Of a DNA stretch of 64,000 bases, positions 18,709-29,800 are shown piece after piece. Position 1 is the stretch's first letter. Each line of letters begins with the position of its first letter. This DNA is from Acidimicrobiia bacterium. GTDB lineage: Bacteria; Actinomycetota; Acidimicrobiia; Spongiisociales; ZC4RG35. Where the stretch lies: NCBI GenBank assembly GCA_965215185.1, contig OZ244034.1, positions 2,976,001-3,040,000 of the forward strand. Reading direction: 5' to 3'. A model generated the notes under the pieces. It saw only the letters and a program-made list of their open reading frames with translations. It made no database searches and was not told the DNA's origin. Position numbers and translations under genes: made by a program.

Positions 18709-20385
18709 TTAGACGATCCCTAGCGCCCGAGCCAAGAACGTGGCCATCTCCCCCCGAGTAACAGAGTTTGTAGGACAGAACCGGAGCGGATCGGTTCCAC
18801 ATCCTACCGTTATCTCAGCGGCGGCTAACGCGTCGATGTTTGCCTCAGAGTATCACCCATGAGTATCACCCCCGGTGTCGGCAAACCCAGCCGCTGGCGC
18901 CGCGTCGAGGTTGAACGCACGCACAAAGAACGTGGCCATCTCCCCCCGAGTGACAAGCTGGTCAGGACAGAACCTGAACGGTGCTCTAGCACAACCCACG
19001 GTGACCCCAAGGGAGGCTAAGCGGTCAGTGTAAGGCGCCCACCACGAACCGTTGTCCACATCCACGAACCGTGTTGCCGTCTGCGCCGTCGGGTCCTCTC
19101 GGTCCAAAACCCTTACCAGCCACACAGCCATTTCCCAGCGCTGCAGTGGCCCGTCCCCGCACAGACCGCCTTCGCAGCCCGTACCATCGAAAATGCCAGC
19201 AACGTGATCACTCAGCGCCTCTATAGCAGGCTGATGCGTACCCTCAACAGGTACCTGTTGCCCGCCGGACACCACCAGCGGCAACTCGCCCCAGCACTCT
19301 ATCGACCCGGTGCTGCGCAGCCCACAGGAATGACTCGCGCCAGCGGACACTGAAGTGAATGAACCCCCCGGCGGCGACGCCCCCCCGGACCGGATGTCAC
19401 CCCAGCACAACACCGACCCGCGACTTTGTACCCCACAGGAATAGCCTTCTCCCGCCGATACCGCCGCGAAGGAACCTGCTGGCGGCGTTGCCTCCCCGAA
19501 CTCGTCTTCACCCCAGCACACTACCGACCCGCTGGTGACCAGCCCACACGAATGCCTCGCCCCTGTGGACACTGCGGTGAATGAACCTGCTGGCGGCGTT
19601 GCCTCCCCGAACTCGTCTTCACCCCAGCACACCACCGGCCCACCACTGCTGCGCAGCCCGCACGAATGACCCTCGCCTGTGGACACTGCGGTGAAGGAAC
19701 CTGCTGGCGGCGTTGCCTCCCCGAACTCGTCTTCACCCCAGCACACCACCAGTCCGTCGCTGCGTACCCCACAGGAATGATCCGCGCCTGCGGAGACCGC
19801 ACTGAATGAACCTGCCGGCGGCGACGCCTGTCCGAAAAAGCTACTGCCCCAGCACACCACCAACCCGCTGCGCAGCCCACAGGAATGACTCAAACCGGTG
19901 GACACCGAAGTGAACGAACCCCCCGGCGGCGTCGCCTGTCTGTCATCGTTTGCACCCCAGCACACTGCCGACCAGCCGCTGCGCAGCCCACAGGAATGAT
20001 CCGCGCCTGCGGAGACCGCACTGAATGAACCTGTCGGCGGTGACGCCCGCCTGGACCCGTTGTTGCCCCAGCACTCCACTGACCCGTTGCTGCGCAGCCC
20101 ACACGAATGCTCCGCGCCTGCGGAGACCGCACTGAACCAGGGAGGCCGGATGCCGGTTTGGGAGGAGGCGTATGACCAGGTCATAATATTGGATTTTCCG
20201 CTTAACTTGGCTGCGGGCCTGCCCACACCAGGTAAGGCATCTTCCGCAGGCAAATCACCTGCATGGACTGACCCAATCCCCGCTGACATGGCCACTAACA
20301 ACAACGCCATCACCCACAGAACAGGTCGAACTCTAAAAGCCGCCACGAAATCCTGCTTACTACGAAGCAGCCCTGCGGCTACCAA
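18709..20385 (-). CDS. Secreted RCC1-like repeat protein with C-terminal SLH-type domains; last domain cut off by an in-frame TGA
   Basis: Signal-peptide-like start; 8 repeats of F.AVSAG..HSCGLRS.G.V.CWG; FCP...VTRGEMATF; TGA at 18853-18855, frame continues to TAA at 18709. Confidence 0.85.
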
Positions 20386-20680
20386 GAGGGATATTCCTTC
20401 TAAAAGCCGGATTTTTCACACAATGGGTGTTTCGCGTCCTGGAAGGAGACGAGGTTGGGAGGGAAGGGACCGAGATGGACGTTCTATCCGGTGCTGTCAG
20501 TGTTGGTGATGGTGATGGCGCTAATGGGCACCGTGTGGTCGCAGGGGTTCAGCATTTCATCCAACCCTCGCACTGCTGTTTCGTCGGAGGTCCGGTCCCA
20601 TACGGTTTGACCGTTATTCAATCGGTCGCATCATCGCACCAGGCGTCCTGGTTGGTCTGTTCCATTCGCCGGGATCCCTC

Positions 20681-21551
20681 TTATGGTGCGGCGCATCGGT
20701 CCGACCGTTTTTTGTCAAACGCGGAGGTGAGGTGCGCGATAGCTTCGTTTCCTCGTTTGGTGTATATGGCGAGCGTGCGCGGGTTCTGGTGTCGGCTCTT
20801 GGCCTGGAGCAGGATGGTGGAGGCTCCTTTCTCGCCGAGGTGGGTGAGTGAGGAGTGGTGGAGTGTCCACCCGCCACTTGTTTGCTTGAATAGGGTGGAG
20901 GCGCGTTCGTAGGACAGCCTTCCCTGGCTGGCGTGTGGGCATTCGTCCCCCGTGCGGGGATGACGTTGGGTCCTCGGCGTCGTCCGGCCAGGTATCGGGA
21001 GAGAAGACGCGCTGCTCCGGATGCCCAGAACACGTATTCTTTCTGGCCGCCTTTGCCGGTGATCACGGCTCGTTTGCGGGGAAGGTCCAGATCCTCCACG
21101 TTGAGTGCGAGGACTTCCCCGGCCCGAGCGGCGGTCTCGTACAGCATCCTCCACAGGGCCTTTTCTCGCAGGTCTATGTCTCTTCGTGACCAGTGTTTTT
21201 CCAGGTCTTGGTAGGGGATCGCTTTGGTCTGGTCGCGGGGTTCCGCCGGCGTACTACCAGCATCATCGGGTCGTGGTCTATCCACTTGTTGCGTTGACAG
21301 TAGGACACGAACGACTGGAGGGCGGTGATACGGGTGTTCCAGGTGGCGGGCTGCGCCGACCCCCACCGTTGCTGGAACACATCCAGGAGTCTGCGGGGGT
21401 CCAGTTGGTCCAAGCCAAGGTCCTCGACCACGGCCGATAGTGCCTGCCGATATGCCCGGCGGGTGTTAGAAGAGAGTTGCTTGTCCGAAAAGAACGCCTC
21501 GACCGCCGACCGCAATCGCGGTGTTACCCGGTAGTCCGCCAAGGCCACCAC
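20681..21551 (-). pseudogene. Tyrosine recombinase (XerC/D-like), frameshifted
   Basis: LSSNTRRAY, PATWNTR..ALQSF; other frames carry REKALWRMLYETAARAGEVLALNVEDLDL, GKGG and SRHQNPRTLAIY. Confidence 0.8.
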
Positions 21552-22269
21552 CCGGGTGATGGTCCTCCAGGAAACTCGGAGCGGTTCGCCTGAGGTTTGA
21601 TGAGAGTCTTGCGGGATGCTCCCGGATCGTCATCATCGTCCGAGCAGATGGGTTCACATGCGGGGTTCCCAGTGGGCTTCCATCGGTTGCAGGTTTCCTA
21701 TGCCGATGGAGTGAGCAAAGTGTGGTGGACATCACCCCCCGATCTCTGGTGGACAGGGTGGGGAATTCGGTGATCAACTCTGGGAGCGGTATTTCAGTGA
21801 TCGCCATTACCACAACTAGCATCATTATCATGACGCCGTCACACTCGCTTCACGACAACCTCATAGCATGGGTTTCAGGCCGCGGCGCGCTACTTGAGCT
21901 CTGCGGTTTGTGAGTGGGATGTACGCAGCCGTCGCCGCGGCCCGGAGGGGGGCGGCACGGGCGAGCATGGGGTTTGTCATAAGCAGGAGGGTCCACGCCA
22001 TATCGGCGGCTGGCCCCTGTGGCGTTCGCGTAGGGCATATTCGGATCTATGCGGTGGCGCAGCAATAGCTAGCGCAGCCTCGGCTGGTTTCGGCATGCCG
22101 TCTAGGCGGAGGGAGCGTGGCCAGTGCCGACGCCTCCCCAGTTCGGTGCTTGCGAGAGAGCCTGGATGATCGCAGGCGCGGCCATGACGGAAGGGTGAAG
22201 GTGCACAAAGCACGCTGGCGGCGTTATGCGCGCGCCAGCGCTGTCCCATGTCAAAACCGTGGGTCCGGG

Positions 22270-22600
22270 AGCGGGAGCGTCTGGAGGGTGGCGGTTTGGT
22301 TGGCAGTGTTCGCTGTCTTGTTGCCGGTGTTTCCTGTCGGTGCGGTGGGTGCGCCGGGCGCGGTTGATGCGGACGAGGCGCGGTCGGGAGCGCAGGATCT
22401 GGGTGATGTGACGGAGTGGGACGAGCCTAGAGTCTTCGATGACGAGGTGGACGGCGCCGACGATTCGGTGGACTATTTCAGGTTCTCGTTGAGCGAGCCG
22501 AGGCTGGTGGTGCTGCGATTGCGCCGAATGGAGTTCGACGCCGACCTATTCGTGGAGGTCCCGTCGGGATGGGTGCTGGCATCCAGTCAGAGAACGGAAC
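22270..22600 (+). CDS. Giant surface protein, segment 1 (signal peptide and start of a PPC-like domain); frameshift near 22590
   Basis: VWRVAVWLAVFAVLLPVFPVGA; VDGADDSVDYFRFSL..DADLF parallels VDGNDDVVDYFAFTL..NADIF in segment 2. Confidence 0.6.
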
Positions 22601-23860
22601 CGCGAAAGAGTGGATCAGCGTTGGGCTGGCCGCGGGCGATTACTTAGTGAGGGTGGAGGCCCGGGAGCAGGGCAGCAACGCCTATCGGCTAAAGGTGGCC
22701 GCCAAGGTCGCGCCGGATGGGACGGTGTTTCATGGGAATACGGAGGGGGTTTCTGACAAGGAGTCCGAGGATGGGGAACTGGTCGACGGGTCGGTCCTGC
22801 GCTCCGCGCACGACCCGGACTCGACGCCCTCGGGAGCGACCGATTGGGGGGACGTAACGGGTTGGTCCTCGCCACGGACGTTCGATGACTCGGTGGATGG
22901 CAACGACGACGTAGTCGATTATTTCGCGTTCACATTGACCGCCACCAAGCGGATCGGGGCGGGGCTGAGCTTCATGGAGCTCAATGCCGACATTTTCCTG
23001 AAAGACTCGTTCGGCACGGTGCTGGCGTCGGGCAGGAACCGCGACAACCGCCGGGAGCGGCTGAACACGGAACTCGGACCGGGCGACTATCTGCTTCGAG
23101 TGCAAGCGCAGCAGGGCGGTCTCAACACATATGAGATCTTCTTGCAGACCGCCAAACCCGACAGTGTCACTGCGGGATTCGACACCTCTGCGGTGGTCAG
23201 GGTGGGCGCCTGCTTCGAGGGAGCCGACGGCGCGAACATTTTACCGGAGTGGGACATCGACTGGGTGAGGGTCGAGCTCACCGCGGGCGAGGTCTATGTG
23301 TTGGAGGTGCGGGGCCGCGACTCTGGATCGGGCGCTCTAGTCGACCCTGAGTTGAAAGCGGTGTATGTGGATCCGTCGGACGCGGCGGTGTTCGACACGT
23401 ACGACCAAGCGGGCCGGAGTGCCTCCGATGGACTGATCCTTGACAACGGCTTGTCATCCGAGGACCTGGACCAAGACGGATCACCCGACATATTGGACAT
23501 GTACCCGAACCTTCCCGGTCCAGTGGGGTCGCCCGATCCCATCTGGGAGAAACCGGTTCTGTCGTTTACCGAAGCATATGACCTTGACGACGGTCTTGGC
23601 CAGGATGCGTGGCTGCTGTTCCGCGCTGAGCAGACCGGATCGCACTATCTCGTGGTCGAGTCCCAGGGCGGATTCTGGGGCACCTACACCGTGGCCGCGG
23701 CCGAAGCAGCCGACGCGCCGGCGGTGTGCGGGAATGAGCCGCCGAGGCTGGAGAGCCCGGCCACAGGAGCAACAGTGGTTGAGAACACGCGGCCGGTGTG
23801 GTTGTTGAGGGTGGTCGACGGCGACGGTCAGGACGCTGTTGTTGATGTGCGTTTGGCGGG
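22590..23860 (+). CDS. Giant surface protein, segment 2 (PPC-like domains); frameshift near 23860
   Basis: GDYLVRV, DIDWVRVELTAGEVY, DDGLGQDA, start of a cadherin-like NEPP..ENT..DGD domain continuing in the next frame. Confidence 0.7.
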
Positions 23861-26800
23861 GTTCGTCCCCGGCGGGGTTCTTTGAGGTGTCTGGCAGCCT
23901 GGCGAGCGGCGATCTGCGACTGGTGACGACTGCTGCGCTTGACCATGAGGCCGGCGGCGCCAACTCCGGCGTCTACGAAGCCGAGTTGGTGATGATCAGC
24001 GGGGTCGGCGACCGAGAGCGCACTGCGAGACAGCGGTGGACGGTCATCGCGGGAGATGTTGACGAGCCACCGACCTTGGTGCAAGGTCTGCGCGCCGCAG
24101 CCATGTCGCACACCACCGCGACGCTGCAATGGGGCGCTTCGTCGTGCGACTCGGCGACCACTTGCCCGTCGATCGGCTATGAAATCTATCGGCTCGACGG
24201 GACGGAGTGGATTCTCCTTGACCGTGTTGACGCGCTGTCTTATACGGCTGTGGGTCTCGAACCAGAGACCACCTACCAGTTCCGGGTCGACGCGAACAAC
24301 GATGAAGGCACCGCTGCTGGTGCTGTGTTTAGTGTCACTACTGACGACCCGCCGCCGGACTGCGCGGGTGACATCATCACAGCGTGCACCGTGGCGGTGG
24401 ACGCCACGGCGTCGGAATCGGTCACCGAGGCCGGCGACGCCGACTGGTACGCGGTCACGCTGGGGGTGGCGCGCCTGTATCGGTTCGAGGTGTCTGGCAG
24501 GGGCAGCGATGCGCTAGAGGACCCGTTTGTGAAGCTCTATGACGACACCGGCGCCGCGGTGGCTGCGGGCGGCGTTGTCGTGGAGGACGCGGAGACCACC
24601 GGCGACGGCACCGCGGAGGTTGATTTCCGGTCGGGTATGACGGGCGAGTATTTCTTGGAGGCGGCAGCTTCTGATGGGGTCGGCACCGGCTACTACACGC
24701 TCTCGGTGGTCGATCTGACGCCGGCGTCGATGTCTGAGGGTGTCAATGATCTCCCCGAGTCGCCTTTCACGCCTGGACGGGTCGAACCTGACGGTGGGGA
24801 GGTGACTGGCGATGTGGGCACGGTCGGCGATGTGGACTGGTTCGCGGTCGATCTGGGGTCGGGCCGCACCTACCGCGTGAGCGTGGTAGGCGGGACCGGC
24901 ACCGGGGAGTTGGCTGATCCGGCGTTCAAACTTCTCGATGATGCTGGTGCGGAGCTGTCGCCTGCGGTGGGCGACACCGACGACGACGGTGATGGCACGG
25001 CCGTCACCGTGTTCACTCCCGCGGTGGCGGGCACGTATTTCGTTGCGGTGTTAGAGGACGGCGATGACGGCACTGGCGCGTACACGGTGATGGTGCAGGA
25101 GTTGGACTGCGCGGGGGATGCCACCACGGGCTGTGTTGTGGAGGTGGGCGGTTCCAAGGTGGGCGGGATCGGCGATGCGGGGGACGTGGATTGGTATCGG
25201 GTCGCTGTGGGGGCGGGCACTGATTATGAGATCAGTGTTGTGGGCGGGTCCGGCGTGGGGGTTCTGGCCGATCCGGTTGTGAGGGTCTATGACGCTACGG
25301 GCGTCACGGTGGTCGTGCAGGACAGCGACACCGACGGTGACGGCACTGCCAGCGTCGCTGTCGCGCCCACCGAGGCTGGCACCTATTTCGTTGCGGTGTT
25401 AGAGGACGGCGATGACGCCACTGGTGTTTACACGGTGATGGTGGCGGTCACCAACAGCCCACCGAAGTTCCTCGATCCGTACGCGACGGTCTTGCCGCTC
25501 GGGGAGCGGTTGGATGTGTCCTTGATGGAGAACACCGAACTTGCGCTGGACATTGACGTTTTCGACGCTGATGAGGCCGACTCGGTGTCGGGGTACAGCA
25601 TCGTCGGCGGCGCTGATGAGAGCCTGTTCGAGATCGATGCCGGCAACGACGATGCGTTGACGTTGACGGTCGTTGTGGATTTCGAGATGCCCGTGGACAG
25701 CGGCACGGACAATGTCTATGAGGTGGAGTTGCAGGCCACCAGCGGGGCGGGTGCCCGGCAGAAGACCGCGACGGTGCTGGTCGCGGTGACCGTGACCGAC
25801 GACGATTCCGAGGCTCCGGGACAGTTCATGCCGCAGGTGATCGACGAGAGGGTCGACAGCGTGTCCGTCAAGTGGACCACGCCGCAGACGACGGGCCCTC
25901 CCATTACCGGCTATCAGATCCTGCGCCGTCCGCTGCCCAATGGTGAGTGGTCGAACTTGCCTGAGGCGGCTCCGTCGGTCCTTGAGGGTGTCGTCGACGG
26001 TCTGGACTCCGGCGCCGCTTATGAGATTGCGGTGGAGGCTCAAAGTGATGAGGGCGAGAGCTTGTCGGACTCGGTGATTGCCTACACCGATGAGTGTGCT
26101 GCTTCGGCGGTCGGGTCGTGCCCGCTCGCTGTCGGTAGCCCGGTCACGGCGCGCATCAACATCTTCAACGTCGGCGTTGACGCGGACTGGTTCGTGGTCG
26201 AGCTTGAAGCGACCACGCCCTATCGCATTGAGGTCAAGGGCAGCGAGCCTGCTGACCCTGGCGGCACCGTGAGTGATCCTGCCACTCTTGCTGATCCGGC
26301 TTTGAGGGTGTTCAACGCGGGTGGTGTCGCAGTGGCTGACGCGTTCGACGCTGACGGCGGCGAGGGCCAGAACTCTGTGCTGGCGTTCACCGCGCCGCAG
26401 ACCGGTATCTATTACGTCGAGGTACGCGAGGACGGCGACGACGCCACGGGCAGTTACACCGTTGCGGTCGGCACTGACGATACGTGCGGGGCCAGCACCG
26501 CGACAGCGTGTACGGTCGCGGTTGACGGGACCGCGGCGGGTACCGCCGAGTCCGGCAGCGACGTGGACTGGTACTCGGTCGGCCTTGACCCCGACGTCGC
26601 CTATGTGTTGTATGTCGCTTCGCGCAGCGAGAACTCTGACGGCTTGGGAGATCCGTTGCTGGTGGGCGTGTTCAACGCGGAGGGGGTGCTGATTGGCGGC
26701 ACTGCTGATTCTGACTCTGGCGCGGGGCAGGACAGCTACAAGCTGTTGACCCCCGACACCGCGGCGACGTACTACGTGGCGGTCGGGTCCGACAGCGGCC

Positions 26801-29800
26801 TGGGGGGTGACTTCACCTTGTTCGTGTCGCGCCAGAGGCCGCAGAACTCTGTGTCGGAACCCACCGGCGGCGATCTGGCGTCCCATGCCGGCACGACCGG
26901 TCACGTATTGGTCGCCGGACAGTCCACCGGCGGGTTCTCCGACGAATCCGACCGCGACATGTTCGGGGTGTGGCTGGAGGCGGGGCGGGTGTATCGGATC
27001 GGGGCGAGTGGTGCGTGCAGCGACGACGCGGCACTTGTGGGCGGTACCTCCACAGGCCTGGGGATCTCGTTGGTGGATCATCAGCTGGATGCGTCCCACG
27101 GCTCAGCAGCGGTCCATCTCGGCGCCAGCGTCGGCGCGGAGTTCATCGCGTCTGCGTCGGGTGCGTGCCCGCGCTCGGCCATGGACGTTCAGGTGCTCGA
27201 ATCGCTGTTCGCTTATGTGCTGGCAGCCGATGACGGCGTGGCGGGGGCCGGGACCTACACGGTGTCGGTGTCTGATGTGTCAGCGGAGGTGACGGTGCCC
27301 GACACGGCGGGTCGCGATGCTGCTGGGTCCACGTCGACGTCGGGCCGGGCCAGGGTGGGCGTCGCGGTCACCGGAGTGATCGATCCCAGCGGCGACGTGG
27401 ACTGGTTCGCGATCGAGTTCGAGGCGGGCACCGCGTACCGCATCGATGTGCGCGGCGACAGCGTCACCGACAGCGGCGGCACGCTGGGGGACCCGTACGT
27501 GAGCCTGCTCGACAGCGCCGGCGATCCGCTGTCGCCTGCGGTGTTTGACAACGACTCCGGCGCCGACAACAACGCCCGCATCCTGTCGTACACGCCCACG
27601 GCGCCGGGCACGTTCTACATCGAGGTGAAAGACAACGCCGACGGCACCGGCACCTACACGGTGGCGGTTGGCGCGGGCGACGCCTGCGCGGCGTCGGTGT
27701 CCACCGCCTGCACGGTGGAGGCGGACAGCGCGGCCGAGGGCACGATCGGCGAGGCCAGCGATGTGGACTGGTTCAAGGCGACCGCCCTGGCAGCCGATGT
27801 GCCCTACACGCTGTATGTGGCGCCTCGGGGCGCCGCAGTCGACGATCTGGAGGACCCGAAGCTCGAGGGTGTCTACGACTCGACCGGGGTGCGGATCGCG
27901 GGTACCACCGATTCCGACTCCGGCGCCGGGCAGGACAGCTATGTGGTGTTCACACCCGACGCCGCCGCGGACACGTTCTATGTGGCGGTGGGCCGCGACA
28001 GCGGAGTTCCGGGCGGTTTCAGCGTGTTCGTAGCCCGCCGCGAGCCCGCCGCGACAGTCTCTGAGGACCATGGCAGCGACGTGCACGGCGGCGCGGGCAC
28101 ATGGGCGCACCTGCTCGTCGGCGACACAGCCGTCGGCGACCTCTCCCATGTCGGCGACGCGGACGCTGTGGGGGTGCGGCTGGCGGCCGGGCGGGTGTAC
28201 CGCCTCGAAGCGAGGGGCGCATGCCCGCAGGAACCCAACCTCAGCGGCGGCACCCTGGCGAACCCGAGCCTGACCCTCAACGATGCCGCGGGCAGCACCG
28301 ACCACAGCCAACTTGCCGCAGTCGACCCAGCCCAAGGGTTCTCCGGTGAGGGCTCCGCGGAGACGTGTGCCCCCGCAAGCGTCGACGTGCAGGCACTGGA
28401 CACAGTGCTGGTATACGCCCAGATCACCACTGCTGATGCTGTCGCCCCGACAGGGACCTGGACGCTGTCAATGACCGACATCTCCGCGCACGTCACCATC
28501 GCTGAGCCCTCCGACGGCGACGCCACCGCCGACACCGACACCGCGGGCCGGGTGGCGGTGGGCGCATCGGTCACCGGCACGATCGATCCCGACGGCGACG
28601 AGGACTGGTACGCGGTGGAACTCGAGGCAGGCGCCGCGTACCGCATCGACGTGCGCGGCGACAGCGCCACCAACAACGGCGGCACGCTGGCGGACCCGCA
28701 CGTGAGCCTGCTCGACAGCGGCGGGGCTGACCTGTCACCCGCGGTGAGCGACGACAACTCCGGAGTCAACAACAACGCTCGCATAGGGTCATTCACGCCG
28801 ACTGTCACGGGCACGTTCTACATCGTGGTGTCCGATCCCGACGGAACCGGCACCGGCACCTACACGCTGTCGGTAACCCCCGGCGCCGATTGCCCCACCG
28901 ACATCGCGACGACCTGCGAAGCCGCCATCGACGGGGCCGTGGACGGCGTCATCCACGCCAACGACGACCAGGACTGGTTCAAAGCGACGCTGGCACAAGA
29001 CACCGCCTACACGTTGTATGTGACGCCACGCGGTTCGAGTGCCGCAGACCTCGAGGACCCCGAGCTGGTCGGGGTGTATGACTCCTCCGGCGACCTGATC
29101 GCCGACACCACCGACGTCGACTCTGGTCTCGGCGCCCACAGCTACACCGTGTTCACCCCCGACGCGGCCGGTGTGTACTACGCGGCGGTGGGCCGCGACA
29201 CCGGAGGGGTGGGCGGCTTCACCCTGTGGATGGCGCGCCAGCGGCCCGGCGCCACCGTGGCAGAGCCCACCGGCGGCGACCTAGCGCCCCACGCGGGCAC
29301 CATCGGCCATCTGTTGGCCGCAGGCCAGGCGACCGGCACGATCGCCGACGATCGCGACGAAGACCTCTACGGGATGTGGCTCGAAGCCGGCCGCGCCTAC
29401 CGGATAGCGGCCCGGGGCGCGTGCATCACAGACGGCCCGCTCCACGGCGGCACCCTCACCGGCTACGGGCTGTCGCTCGAGAACGCCGCCGGCGCCACGA
29501 CCCACATCGGCACCGCCCAACGGATCCTCGTCTCCTCGACCGGCGCCGGCACCACCGAACTCTTGGGCGTCTCCCCCTCCGGCGTCGCGTTCACCGCCTC
29601 AGTCTCCCACGAGTGCGAGACCGCCAGCCTCGACGTGGAGATGCAGCAGTCAGCACCGCTTTATCTGCGGGTTGCCCCGCTCCCAGGCGAGTCAGGCACC
29701 TACACCGTGTCGCTGGAGGACATCACCGCGCAGCTGACGGTCTCTGAGCCTGTCGGGCAGGACTTTCCCGCCGAGACCACGACCGCGGGCCGAGCCGGCA

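Noticed and set aside
18853-18855. In-frame TGA as selenocysteine or genetic-code reassignment
   Set aside because: It arises from a local duplication, and TGA is the normal stop of many core genes here
19290-20140. Regular repeats as a possible CRISPR array or DGR template
   Set aside because: In-frame coding repeats; no cas or reverse transcriptase gene in the window
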